43,132 nucleotides of DNA from Candidatus Limnocylindria bacterium (GTDB lineage: Bacteria > Chloroflexota > Limnocylindria > QHBO01): NCBI GenBank assembly GCA_035709505.1, contig DASTEQ010000160.1:1-43132 (forward strand), in the 5' to 3' direction. Of the stretch, positions 13,339 through 22,514 are shown in pieces. Numbering within the stretch: the stretch's first letter is position 1; the number at the start of each line of letters is the position of its first letter. Made by a program: the position numbers and the translations under genes. Under the pieces are notes generated by a model that was not told the DNA's origin, searched no databases, and saw nothing but the letters and a program-made list of their open reading frames with translations.

Positions 13339-15797
13339 CGGGCGAGGGTATACGACTCGTCCTCTCCTCCGTCGTGCGGCGTGGTGCGTCCCCCGCCCAT
13401 CCGTTCCTCGATCTCGCCACGCAGCCGCGCCCACGTCCCGTGGCGCCAGGCCAGAGCCAGGAGCCCGGCGAGGCCGCCGAGCCCCGCCGCCAGCGGCACC
13501 GGGATCGGCGGGACTGCGGTCCGTCCCGCGCCGTCGGAGGTGCCGCGCTCGAGGACCGATGGGGCGCGAGCAGCAGCTCCGCCGAGATCGGATGTTTTCA
13601 GAGACGGTATGGCGGGTGGCGCTGACAGCCCATCGGGCTGCGTGCGGGGCTCGCCGGGGCCTCCGGTCGACGCTCCGCTGCTCGAGCCACGCACTCCCGC
13701 CGCGGCGCGGGCGACGACCTGCAGGTCCGCCCGGTCTCGGGGCCAGAGCCGGTAACCGGCGTCCGGGGCGGATCCACTCGTCTGCTGACCGACCACGCCC
13801 CGGATCTCGACCCATGATCCGGAGGGAAGAGCGGGAGCGGTGATGCCGGTGGCGGCCGCCACGAACACGCGGAGCGGCCCGCTTCCGTCGTTCACGGTGA
13901 GCGTCAGCCCACCGCCGGTCGTGCGCCGCGGTCCGTCATCGACCAGACCGCGAACCACGACGAGCCGGGCCTCGTCCGCCTCGCCGACCCCGCTCGTGGT
14001 CTGCCGAACCGCCGCGGGCTCCGCCTGCGTTCCGAGGAAGGCCGGCCGCTGCGTGACGCGCAGGCTGACCATCCCCGACAGCGTCGACCGCGTGCCGGTC
14101 AGCTCGACCAGCTGGCCGCGCCGCAGGCGACCGACCTCCGAGCCGGTCCGGACCAGAATGGCACCCCCGGCGTCGGCGACGACCGCGCTGCTCGCATCCA
14201 CCAGGCCGGTTGGAAGCGTGACCACGCCGCGGATCCGGAGGCGCGTCCCGGTCGGAGCCGCACGGGCCTCGGCGATCGAGACCAGGGCGTCGGGCGACGG
14301 CGTCGGGGTCGGAGTGGGCGACGTGGCCGACGGGCTTGCGGTCGGCTCGGGAGTTGCCGGCGGAGCAACCGCGAGGACGTCTCCGCTGTCGCGCGGCTGC
14401 ACCCGATATCCCTCGGTGCCGGTTCCCGACGAGTCGCGCTGACCTACCACACCGCTTGTGGTCACCACGCTGCCCGGCAGCCATGCGCTCGTATCGATGC
14501 CCGTGGCCGGACCGACGAGGACGCGGATCGGCCCGGACCCGTCGTCGACGTCGTAGGCGAGGCCGGCTGCGAGGACCGTCGGCGACCCGGCGACGAGGCC
14601 GCTGATGGTGACCAGCCGGCTCTCCTCGCCCTCGTTCACCGCACCGGTGGCGACCAGCATCGCTTCGAAGTCCTCGCCTGGACCGAGAATGCTCAAGCTT
14701 GCCGCATCGACCCTCAGAGTCCGCTGCGCAAACCGGTCATCCACCGTTCCGGTGACGATGATCTCGACGCCTCGCGGGAACGTGCCATCTTCAAGCAGGA
14801 CCGCGATCCCGCCGGATACGTCCGCCAGGTAGCCGCCGCCGTCGGCGAACGCGGAATCGGTGAGCGTCGTGCCACGGACGACGACCGCGCTCCCGTCGGG
14901 CATGGCCCGGGCCTGCGCGACCGTGAGGGTTGCGGGCGTCGGAGTCGGCGTGGGAATCGACGTGGGCGACGGCGTAACGGATGGGATGGCGGTCGCCGAC
15001 GGGGTCGCCGGGGGCTCGGGTGTGGCCGATGGCTCGATCGGCGGTATCGGGGTCGACGTGGGCTCCGGCGTGGCCGACGGCTCCACGCTGACGGCTGGCG
15101 TCGCGCTCTCGGTCGGGGAGTCGCTCGGGCTCGGATCCTGGCTCGGGGACGCGGACGGGACCGGAGCTGAGGCGCCGTTCTGCGGGTCGGGGGCGGAACG
15201 GATGACGAAGTCGACGAGGTTCTGATCGGTATCCTGCCCGGATCCGAGCTCGCCTCCGGGCAGCCGCTCGAGGCTCGATCCGGCGGCAGGGGCAGGGGCG
15301 GGGTCTCCCTCGAGCCAAGTGCTGGTGGCGCTCCCCCAGCCCACCGCGTCGATCGCGGCTTCCGCACCCACCACCCGAAGGGCCATGCTCCCGCCGGTAG
15401 CCGCCAGTCCGTTCACGTACACCAGGTCCGCGATGCCGGCGAACAGCCCGGCCTCGTTGGCCACGAGAACATGGCCACCCGGACCGATCTCGGCGCCGGG
15501 GCCCCAGGCCGCCTTCCGGGTCACCGTGACTCCGCTGGCGGTGACGTACACCAGCTCGAGGCCATCGAGCGACAGCGGCACAGCCTCCGGGTTGTAGAGC
15601 TCCACGAACTCGTCCGAGGCACCGGCTCCCCCGGTCATGACCTCCGAGACGACGACGTGGCCGATGCTCTGCGCGGTCAACCCGTCCGCGGTTGGTGCCG
15701 CCTGGGCGGTCTCCGAGATGACCGATGCGAGGACGAGCCCGGCCATGGCCATGGCGCCGACGCCGCGGCGGGCGGAAGTGGACGGAGCGTGGCGCAT
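13335..15797 (-). CDS. Secreted, membrane-anchored lamin-tail-domain protein with duplicated OB-like beta-barrel pairs
   Basis: 820 aa. Signal peptide (AMAMAGLVLASVISETAQA), LTD motif (VVSEVMTGGAGASDEFVELYNP), P/T/S linkers, a two-domain module present twice (VAQARAMPDGSAVVVRG.../IAEARAAPTGTRLRIRG... and ...DDGSGPIRVLV.../...NDGSGPLRVFV...), and a C-terminal TM (LAAGLGGLAGLLALAW). Confidence 0.8.
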   Translation of the reverse strand: MRHAPSTSARRGVGAMAMAGLVLASVISETAQAAPTADGLTAQSIGHVVVSEVMTGGAGASDEFVELYNPEAVPLSLDGLELVYVTASGVTVTRKAAWGPGAEIGPGGHVLVANEAGLFAGIADLVYVNGLAATGGSMALRVVGAEAAIDAVGWGSATSTWLEGDPAPAPAAGSSLERLPGGELGSGQDTDQNLVDFVIRSAPDPQNGASAPVPSASPSQDPSPSDSPTESATPAVSVEPSATPEPTSTPIPPIEPSATPEPPATPSATAIPSVTPSPTSIPTPTPTPATLTVAQARAMPDGSAVVVRGTTLTDSAFADGGGYLADVSGGIAVLLEDGTFPRGVEIIVTGTVDDRFAQRTLRVDAASLSILGPGEDFEAMLVATGAVNEGEESRLVTISGLVAGSPTVLAAGLAYDVDDGSGPIRVLVGPATGIDTSAWLPGSVVTTSGVVGQRDSSGTGTEGYRVQPRDSGDVLAVAPPATPEPTASPSATSPTPTPTPSPDALVSIAEARAAPTGTRLRIRGVVTLPTGLVDASSAVVADAGGAILVRTGSEVGRLRRGQLVELTGTRSTLSGMVSLRVTQRPAFLGTQAEPAAVRQTTSGVGEADEARLVVVRGLVDDGPRRTTGGGLTLTVNDGSGPLRVFVAAATGITAPALPSGSWVEIRGVVGQQTSGSAPDAGYRLWPRDRADLQVVARAAAGVRGSSSGASTGGPGEPRTQPDGLSAPPAIPSLKTSDLGGAAARAPSVLERGTSDGAGRTAVPPIPVPLAAGLGGLAGLLALAWRHGTWARLRGEIEERMGGGRTTPHDGGEDESYTLAR

Positions 15798-15913
15798 GAG
15801 GGTTCCCCGGGCGGAGGCGAGCGCGAATCGGGTCGCCGCCCGGGTGGCGAAGGGCGCGTAGCATCGCCACCCAGACTTACCGTCGACTTAGCACCCGCGT
15901 ACAATCCGCGCTC

Positions 15914-16558
15914 ATGCCCGCCTCCCGATCCCGGAGCGCCAGCGAGCGCGCGGAAGCCCGACGCCGCAAGCGCCAGGTGGCGCGCGGGGAGGAGACGCTC
16001 CCGGAAGAAACGGCCATGGCCGCAACGGCCACCGCTCGTCCGCCGAGCCTCCTCACCCGGCTGTTCCCGCCCGCACCGCCATTGCCCGGCAAGGGCGACC
16101 CATTGGCCGGATTCACGTACCGCGGTCGTTTTCGCGGGTATGTCGCCGGGGCGTGGCTGCTCGCCCGCCACCCCTTGACCTGGGGCGTCGCGGCCGTCGG
16201 CTGGGCCGTGCTCCAGCTGGCGCTGCTGGTGACTCCGCGTGAGAACCTGGTCGCCTTCGCGATCACGCTCGCGCAATACGGGTTGCTGATCGGGGCCGGC
16301 TGGTTCGGCTGGTGGCGCCCCTGGCTGTTCGGCACCGCGGCCGGCGTGCTCGGCGTCATCTTCCACGCGCTGCTCGCCGGGCTTATCACCATCCAGGCCG
16401 GCGAAGGTCTTGCGGCCGCCTCCGGCGTCGTCGCGAGCCTCACGGCGCTGGTAGTCCTCTACGGGCTGGTCGGGGCTTTCGCGGGGTTCTACGGCGGCTA
16501 CCTTCGCCGGCGCATGGCGACCCAGTCGACGGCCAAGCCCAAAAGCAAGCGGCGCTGA
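15914..16558 (+). CDS. Hypothetical integral membrane protein with Arg/Lys-rich termini
   Basis: 214 aa with about four hydrophobic segments. TACAAT lies 8 nt upstream of the ATG (leaderless-type). I recognised no family. Confidence 0.6.
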   Translation: MPASRSRSASERAEARRRKRQVARGEETLPEETAMAATATARPPSLLTRLFPPAPPLPGKGDPLAGFTYRGRFRGYVAGAWLLARHPLTWGVAAVGWAVLQLALLVTPRENLVAFAITLAQYGLLIGAGWFGWWRPWLFGTAAGVLGVIFHALLAGLITIQAGEGLAAASGVVASLTALVVLYGLVGAFAGFYGGYLRRRMATQSTAKPKSKRR

Positions 16559-16559
16559 C

Positions 16560-19349
16560 CTACGGGCGGTGGGCGGCCACCGCTTCCTCGGCCGCCGCCA
16601 GGGCGGCGGCGTAGTTCGGCCCCAGACCAAGCACCTCGCCGGTCGAACGCATTTCGGGCCCGAGCTCGGTTCCCACCCCGGGCAGGCGCCAGAGCGAGTC
16701 GATCGGCGCCTTGACCGCGACCATCGGTCCGTCCTCGGCCAACCCGGGCTCGAGACCGGCCTCGGCCAGCGATGCGCCGAGCGCGCAGCGGACCGCGGCC
16801 GCCACCACGTCCCGCCCGGTGGCCTTGGCCACGATCGGCACCGTCCGCGACGCCCGCGGGTTGGCCTCGATCACCACCACCCGCTCGCCGGCGACGATGG
16901 CCTGGACGTTCAGGATCCCGCGCACCCCGAGCGCGAGGGCGATCCGCCCGGCGGCCTCCGCCGCCCGCCCCTGCGCCGTGCGCGAGATCTCGCGGGGCGG
17001 GAGGACGGCAAGCGAGTCACCGGAGTGGACGCCGGGTGGGTCGCGCTGCTCGAGGATCCCCGGCACCGACCAGGCCTCGCCGTCGGAGATCACGTCGACG
17101 TCGAGCTCCACGCCTCCGACCATCGCGTCGACCCGCAGCGGCCAGCCGACCTCGCCCGCCAGCAGGACGCCGAGCGCCACGCGATCGGGGATGACGGCGA
17201 TCCCCCGACCGCCGATGACCCACGACGGCCTCACGATGACCGGGAATCCGAGCTCGGCAATCGACGCCTCCAGCTCCCCCGCATCCGATGCCAGGCGCCC
17301 AGCGGGTCCCTCCAACCCGAGCCGGTCCAACAGGGCGGCGAATCGTTCGCGATCCTCGCACGCCTCGATCGCGTCGGCGGTCAGGCCGGCGAGGGGCACG
17401 TCCGCGTAAGCGAGGTCGCGCGCGAGGTCGATCGCCGTCTGGCCGCCGAAGGTCAGCAGGACGAGCGGAGGTTCGCCGGTCAGCGCCCTCTCGTGGTCGA
17501 GCACGTCGAGCACGCTCTCGGTGTCGAGCGGCTCGAAGTACAGGCGCGAGCAGGCGTCGTAATCGGTGCTCACCGTCTCGGGGTTGTTGTTGATCACGAC
17601 CGCGTCGTAGCCGAGGTCGCGGATGGCCCAGGCTGCCCGGACCGAGCAGTAGTCGAATTCGATTCCCTGACCGATGCGGATGGGGCCGGAGCCGACGACG
17701 ATGACCGAGCGCCGGTCGGCCGGCGGTGGCACCTCCGAGGTGGCATAGGACGAATAGAAGTACGGCGTCTCGGCCGGGAACTCACCGGCACACGTATCCA
17801 CCCGCCGGTAGGCGGGTGCCAGCCCGGCCCGGACCCGCGCCCGCCGGACGGCGACCGCCGGCACCCCGGATAGAGCGGCGATGTCCGCGTCCCCGAAGCC
17901 CTGCCGCTTGACCTCGTCCAGGGGGGCCCCGACCAGGGCCGCCTCGCCGGCCACCACCTCCGCGATCCGCTCCGTGAACCACGGCGCGATGCCGGTCGCC
18001 GCGCTGACCCCGGCCGCGTCCGCCCAGCCATGACGCAATAGGCCGACGATCCGCCACAGCCGCGTGTCGGACGGGGCGAGAAACACGCGCAGGTCCGCTG
18101 GCGCGCGCTCGGCGAGCCGCCAGGACGGGTCCTCCCACAGCCACCCGCGCCCGCGGGGCTCGAGCGAGCGAACCGCCTTGAGGAGCGCGGGACCGAACTC
18201 GCGGTCGATCGCCATTGCCTCCCCGGTGGCCTTCATCTGCACCCCGAGGTCGCGCTCGGCGAGCGGGAACTTGTCGAACGGCCAGCGGGGAAGCTTGACG
18301 ACGACGTAGTCCACCGCGGGCTCGAAGGCGGCCGATCCTCCACCCGTCGCGGGGTTGCGCATCTCGTCCAGCCGCATCCCGAGCGCGACGAGGGCCGCGA
18401 CCCTTGCGATCGGGTAGCCGGTGGCCTTCGAGGCGAGGGCGGATGACCGGGAGACCCGCGGGTTGACCTCGATGACCCGATAATCGGCTCCGTCCGGCGA
18501 CACGGCCAGCTGGACGTTGCAGCCGCCCTCCAGCTTCAGCGCACGGGCGATGGCCAGCGCCGAGCGGCGCAGGCGCTGGACGACGACGTCGGGCAGGGTC
18601 TGGATCGGCGCGACTACGATCGAGTCGCCGGTGTGGACGCCCATCGGGTCGAGGTTCTCCATCCCGCAGATCGCGATCGTCGTGTCCGCCGAGTCCCGGA
18701 TGACCTCGAACTCGATCTCCGCCCAGCCCAGCAGGCTGCGCTCGACCAGGACCTGGCCGATCGGACTGGCCTCGAGCCCGCGCGCGATCGCGTCCCGCGC
18801 CTCCACCGGCCCGCTCGCGAACCCGCCGCCTCCACCGCCCAGAGTGAAGGCCGGTCGGATCACCACCGGACCGTCGAGCTCGGCCACGAACGCCGCCCCT
18901 GCCTCCACGGATTCCACCACCGCCGACTCCGGAACCGGCTCCCCGATGGACTGGACGAGGGCCCGGAAGCCGCCGCGATCCTCCGCCGCCCGGACCGCGG
19001 CCAGCGGGGTCCCGAGGACGGCGACGCCGTATCGGTCGAGCACTCCTTCATCGTCCAGGCCAACTGCGAGGTTCAGGCCGGTCTGACCGCCCAGGGTGGG
19101 TAGCAGGGCGTCCGGCCGGTGCTCGGCAATCACCCGCTCGAGGTGCTCGACCGTGAGCGGACCGATGAGCACGGTGCCGCCGACGTCCGGATCGGTCATC
19201 ACCGTTGCCGGGTTCGAGTTCACAAGCACGGTCTCGATGCCCTCGCCCCGCAGCGCGAGGCATGCCTGAACACCGGCGTAGTCGAATTCGGCCGCCTGAC
19301 CGATGACGATCGGCCCCGAGCCGATGATCAGGACGCGCCGCGGTCGCAT
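16560..19349 (-). CDS. carB: Carbamoyl-phosphate synthase large subunit, short form
   Basis: 929 aa. Two ATP-grasp halves (VLIIGSGPIVIGQAAEFDYAG... and VIVVGSGPIRIGQGIEFDYCS...). It ends shortly after GPEMRSTGEVLG. Confidence 0.92.
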   Translation of the reverse strand: MRPRRVLIIGSGPIVIGQAAEFDYAGVQACLALRGEGIETVLVNSNPATVMTDPDVGGTVLIGPLTVEHLERVIAEHRPDALLPTLGGQTGLNLAVGLDDEGVLDRYGVAVLGTPLAAVRAAEDRGGFRALVQSIGEPVPESAVVESVEAGAAFVAELDGPVVIRPAFTLGGGGGGFASGPVEARDAIARGLEASPIGQVLVERSLLGWAEIEFEVIRDSADTTIAICGMENLDPMGVHTGDSIVVAPIQTLPDVVVQRLRRSALAIARALKLEGGCNVQLAVSPDGADYRVIEVNPRVSRSSALASKATGYPIARVAALVALGMRLDEMRNPATGGGSAAFEPAVDYVVVKLPRWPFDKFPLAERDLGVQMKATGEAMAIDREFGPALLKAVRSLEPRGRGWLWEDPSWRLAERAPADLRVFLAPSDTRLWRIVGLLRHGWADAAGVSAATGIAPWFTERIAEVVAGEAALVGAPLDEVKRQGFGDADIAALSGVPAVAVRRARVRAGLAPAYRRVDTCAGEFPAETPYFYSSYATSEVPPPADRRSVIVVGSGPIRIGQGIEFDYCSVRAAWAIRDLGYDAVVINNNPETVSTDYDACSRLYFEPLDTESVLDVLDHERALTGEPPLVLLTFGGQTAIDLARDLAYADVPLAGLTADAIEACEDRERFAALLDRLGLEGPAGRLASDAGELEASIAELGFPVIVRPSWVIGGRGIAVIPDRVALGVLLAGEVGWPLRVDAMVGGVELDVDVISDGEAWSVPGILEQRDPPGVHSGDSLAVLPPREISRTAQGRAAEAAGRIALALGVRGILNVQAIVAGERVVVIEANPRASRTVPIVAKATGRDVVAAAVRCALGASLAEAGLEPGLAEDGPMVAVKAPIDSLWRLPGVGTELGPEMRSTGEVLGLGPNYAAALAAAEEAVAAHRP

Positions 19350-19352
19350 CGG

Positions 19353-20525
19353 TCAGTCCCGGCCCGGCGCCAGTCCGGCGTCCGCGATCGCTGCGTCGAA
19401 CAGGCCGGCCGCATCGGTCGGACCAGGAGCGCCCTCCGGGTGGAACTGGACCGATGCCACCCGGCCGCCGACGTGAGTGAGCCCCTCGACCGTCCCGTCG
19501 TTGAGGTCCCGATGACTGACCCGCAGCCCGGCCCCGGCCAGTGCCGGGTGGTCGAGGACCTCGACCTCGTGGTTGTGGGCACCGATCGTCACCCGACCGG
19601 TGGCCGTCTCGAGGACCCCATGGTTGCCGCCGTGGTGGCCGACGGCCAGACGACGGGTGGGGGCGCCGACGGCCAGCGCGATGAGCTGGTGTCCGAGGCA
19701 GATCCCCAGCAGCGGCGCGCCGCCGCCGATGGCACGGGTCAGCAGCGCAGCCACGGTCGCGATCTGCGGCTCCATCCGAGACGGGTCCCCCGGCCCCGGG
19801 GAGAGGACGACCAGATCCGGATCGTGGGCCGCGACATCATCCCCGGATGCGTCCGGCGGCAGCCCGACGACCTCCAGGCCACGACCGGTCAGGGCGCGCA
19901 GGAGCGACCGTTTCACGCCGTAGTCGACGAGGACCGCGCGGCCGCGCGACATCCCCTCCGGGACGAGCCGATACGGCTCGCGCGGAGCGACGGCGGCGAC
20001 GTGGTCCACCGCCTCCCACGTTGGCGAGGAGCGCGCATCGGCCACCGCGTCGGCTTCGCCGCGCTCCTTGTTGCGGATCACGGCCCGGCGGGCCGCGCCG
20101 CGCCGCAGCTCGAGCGTCAGGGCGCGGGTGTCGATCCCCTCGATGGCGGGGATTCGGGCCTCGAAGAGCAGCTCCTCGACCGACATGCCGGGTCCGTCGG
20201 GCGGGGTCACCAGTCGAGTGACGACCAGCGCCCGGGCGTGCACACGGTCGGATTCGAGCTCGGACCGGTCGATCCGGTAGCTCCCCACCATCGGGTGGGT
20301 GAGGACGACGATCTGGCCTGCGAAAGAAGGGTCGGTGAGGATCTCCCCCCACCCGGTTGCGGCGGTGGTGAAGATGAGGTCGCCCTCCGCCACTCGTCCA
20401 TTCCCGCGCAACCGACCGTGGAGCACCGTGCCGCCCTCGAGCGCGAGCAGGCCCGGACGCGAAAACGACGCCGGTCCCGGTGCGTCGGGCGGCGTCGTGA
20501 CGGGCAGGCTGGATACGGTCGGCAT
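19353..20525 (-). CDS. carA: Carbamoyl-phosphate synthase small (glutaminase) subunit
   Basis: LALEGGTVLHG, type-1 glutamine amidotransferase motifs (GICLGHQL, HHGGNHGV, VQFHPE). ATG 20525 is preceded by GGAAGGAG; the longer track ORF start is unlikely. Confidence 0.9.
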   Translation of the reverse strand: MPTVSSLPVTTPPDAPGPASFSRPGLLALEGGTVLHGRLRGNGRVAEGDLIFTTAATGWGEILTDPSFAGQIVVLTHPMVGSYRIDRSELESDRVHARALVVTRLVTPPDGPGMSVEELLFEARIPAIEGIDTRALTLELRRGAARRAVIRNKERGEADAVADARSSPTWEAVDHVAAVAPREPYRLVPEGMSRGRAVLVDYGVKRSLLRALTGRGLEVVGLPPDASGDDVAAHDPDLVVLSPGPGDPSRMEPQIATVAALLTRAIGGGAPLLGICLGHQLIALAVGAPTRRLAVGHHGGNHGVLETATGRVTIGAHNHEVEVLDHPALAGAGLRVSHRDLNDGTVEGLTHVGGRVASVQFHPEGAPGPTDAAGLFDAAIADAGLAPGRD

Positions 20526-20654
20526 CGCGCTCCTTCCCGGCCTCACAGGGCCGGACTTAAAGGACGCACCGAGTGTACCGGAGGCGACCCGGGGCAGCAT
20601 CCGGAAGTTGTCGGCCCGGTCTACACTCGCCGCCAAGGAGGAGCATTCGGCACC

Positions 20655-21299
20655 ATGACCAGCCCAGTGGCCAATCTGCCCCCGTTGCGCGCCAGCGCCG
20701 TCACCCTGGTCGACACCTTCGTGCCGCGGGTGGATGGCCGGACCGCGCAGCTCGTGCGCGACGTCGTGCTCATCGTGGCTGGCGCTGCGCTCACGGCGCT
20801 CGCAGCTCAGGTGTCGTTCACGGTCGGCGACAACCCGGTTCCGTACACGCTCCAGACCGCGGCGGTGCTGGTCACCGGTACGGCCCTGGGCGCCGGACGC
20901 GGATTCGCCTCGATGGCCCTCTACGTGGCGGCCGGCGCCCTGGGCATGGGGGTCTTCGCCGACGGACGGAGCGGACTCGAGGCCGACGGCGGCGGTGGGA
21001 TGGCCCCCACGATCGGGTACCTCTTCGCGTTCATGGTCGCCTCCGCACTGTGCGGCCGGCTGGCTGAGCGACAGTGGGAGCGGACCAGGACCGGGGCGTT
21101 CCTGCTGATGCTGCTCGGCTCGTTCGTGATCTACCTCATCGGGGTGCCGATCTTGGCGGTCGTCTCCGGGATGGCGTTCTCCGAGGCGATCTACTGGGGT
21201 GCCATCGTGTTCATCCCGTGGGACCTGGCCAAGGTCGTGGTCGCGACCTTCGCCTTCCCGTTCGCGTGGCGGCTGGCCGGGGACAAGACCGGGGAGTGA
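20655..21299 (+). CDS. bioY: Biotin transporter BioY
   Basis: 214 aa. VPYTLQTAAVLVTGTALG, TIGYLFAFMVAS, IYLIGVPIL. AAGGAGGAG lies 12 nt upstream. The 726-aa track ORF is antisense read-through of carA. Confidence 0.85.
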   Translation: MTSPVANLPPLRASAVTLVDTFVPRVDGRTAQLVRDVVLIVAGAALTALAAQVSFTVGDNPVPYTLQTAAVLVTGTALGAGRGFASMALYVAAGALGMGVFADGRSGLEADGGGGMAPTIGYLFAFMVASALCGRLAERQWERTRTGAFLLMLLGSFVIYLIGVPILAVVSGMAFSEAIYWGAIVFIPWDLAKVVVATFAFPFAWRLAGDKTGE

Positions 21300-22093
21300 C
21301 CGGCCCCGACTGGGACGAAGCCAGCCGCGCCGGGCTGAAGGCCGACGAGTTCGACCGGGACTGGATCAGGGCCCACGTCGCTGAAGAACGGCGGGGGGCG
21401 GCGATCCTCGGAGACATCCGGGAGGCGATCTTCGGGGTTCAGGATGGCCTGGTCAGCACGGTTGGTGTCGTCAGCGCGGTGGCCGCGGCCACCGACGAGC
21501 GGTTCCTGATCCTGGTCGCCGGGATCGTCACCGCCCTGGCCGGCATGTTCAGCATGGCCGCCGGCGAGTACCTCTCCTCGAAGAGCCAGCGTGAGGTCTT
21601 CGATGCCCAGATCGCGGGCGAGCGGGAGGAGGTGGAGACCCGGCCCGGCGAGGCGGAGGCCGAGGTCGCCTACATGTTCGAGGAGGATGGCCTGCCGCCG
21701 GCGGAGGCGGCTGAGCTCGCGCGGGTCGTCGCCCGCCATCCGGACGTCCTGCTGCGGACGATGGTCGAGAAGGAGCTGGCGCTTCACGTCGACGAGCACG
21801 CCGGTTCACCGCTCCAGGGCGCCCTGGTCATGGGCGGGTCCTTCGGGCTTGGCGCCGCCGTCCCGGTCATCCCGTACCTGCTCCTCACTGGCACGACCGC
21901 GATCTGGGTCTCGCTCATTGCGACCGGGGCGGTCCTGTTCGGGGTCGGCGTGCTGAAGTCGCGGTGGACCCGCCGCGGCCCGGTCCGCTCGGGGCTCGAG
22001 ATTCTGGCCGTCGGCGCGGCGGCCGGCATCGTCGGCTACGTCTTCGGCAACATCCTCCCGCCGCTGCTGGGCGCCCCGCCGGTCGGCGCCTGA
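21296..22093 (+). CDS. VIT1/CCC1 family iron/manganese transporter
   Basis: FGVQDGLVSTVGVV, AGEYLSSKSQRE, and C-terminal TM bundle. The GTG start overlaps the bioY stop (GTGA). Confidence 0.85.
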   Translation: MTGPDWDEASRAGLKADEFDRDWIRAHVAEERRGAAILGDIREAIFGVQDGLVSTVGVVSAVAAATDERFLILVAGIVTALAGMFSMAAGEYLSSKSQREVFDAQIAGEREEVETRPGEAEAEVAYMFEEDGLPPAEAAELARVVARHPDVLLRTMVEKELALHVDEHAGSPLQGALVMGGSFGLGAAVPVIPYLLLTGTTAIWVSLIATGAVLFGVGVLKSRWTRRGPVRSGLEILAVGAAAGIVGYVFGNILPPLLGAPPVGA

Positions 22094-22105
22094 GCTCCCC
22101 GGAGG

Positions 22106-22513
22106 TCAGGTGACGCGGAGCGTTCCCACCATGCCGTAGGCTTCGTGGCCGGGGACGTGGCAGATGAATGCCACCATCTCCCCCGGCGCATCGAAGATCA
22201 GGGTCGTCTCCACCGTGCCGAGGGGCGGGATGGTGACCTCGTTCGGTCGCTCCCCGTGCTGCGGCTCCGTTCCGGTGCGATGGCGCTCGTGGAACGCGGC
22301 ATCCCCGATGAGCCACTCGTGCTCGATCGGGTCCTGGCTGATCAGCACGAACCGCACCGGCATCCCGTGCGGGACCGAGATCTCGGACGGGGTGAAGTGC
22401 GAGTAGCGGATCACGATCTCGACCCGAACCGATTCCGGTGGCGGCTGGCATCCCGCGGCGAAGGGCGCGGCCAAGACGAGGGCCAGCACCGCGCCGACGC
22501 CGCGGGACCGCAT
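22106..22513 (-). CDS. Cupredoxin-like copper-binding lipoprotein
   Basis: 135 aa. Lipobox LAAPFAAGC and type-1 copper ligand pattern CHVPGHEAYGM with an upstream His. It starts 1 nt after the DUF2330 stop. Confidence 0.8.
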   Translation of the reverse strand: MRSRGVGAVLALVLAAPFAAGCQPPPESVRVEIVIRYSHFTPSEISVPHGMPVRFVLISQDPIEHEWLIGDAAFHERHRTGTEPQHGERPNEVTIPPLGTVETTLIFDAPGEMVAFICHVPGHEAYGMVGTLRVT

Positions 22514-22514
22514 C

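Noticed and set aside
19119-20654. Very long ORFs on the opposite strand or frame of real genes. Examples: the first ~510 codons of 19119..21299(+), 482..1636(+), 24420..26165(-), 6835..7995(-), 14791..15870(-), 28459..29391(-).
   Set aside because: Their translations are Arg/Pro/Gly/Ala-rich and low-complexity, with no recognisable motifs. They overlap genes with clear family signatures (carA, the response regulator, dnaE2 and others). Stop-poor alternative frames are expected in GC-rich DNA.
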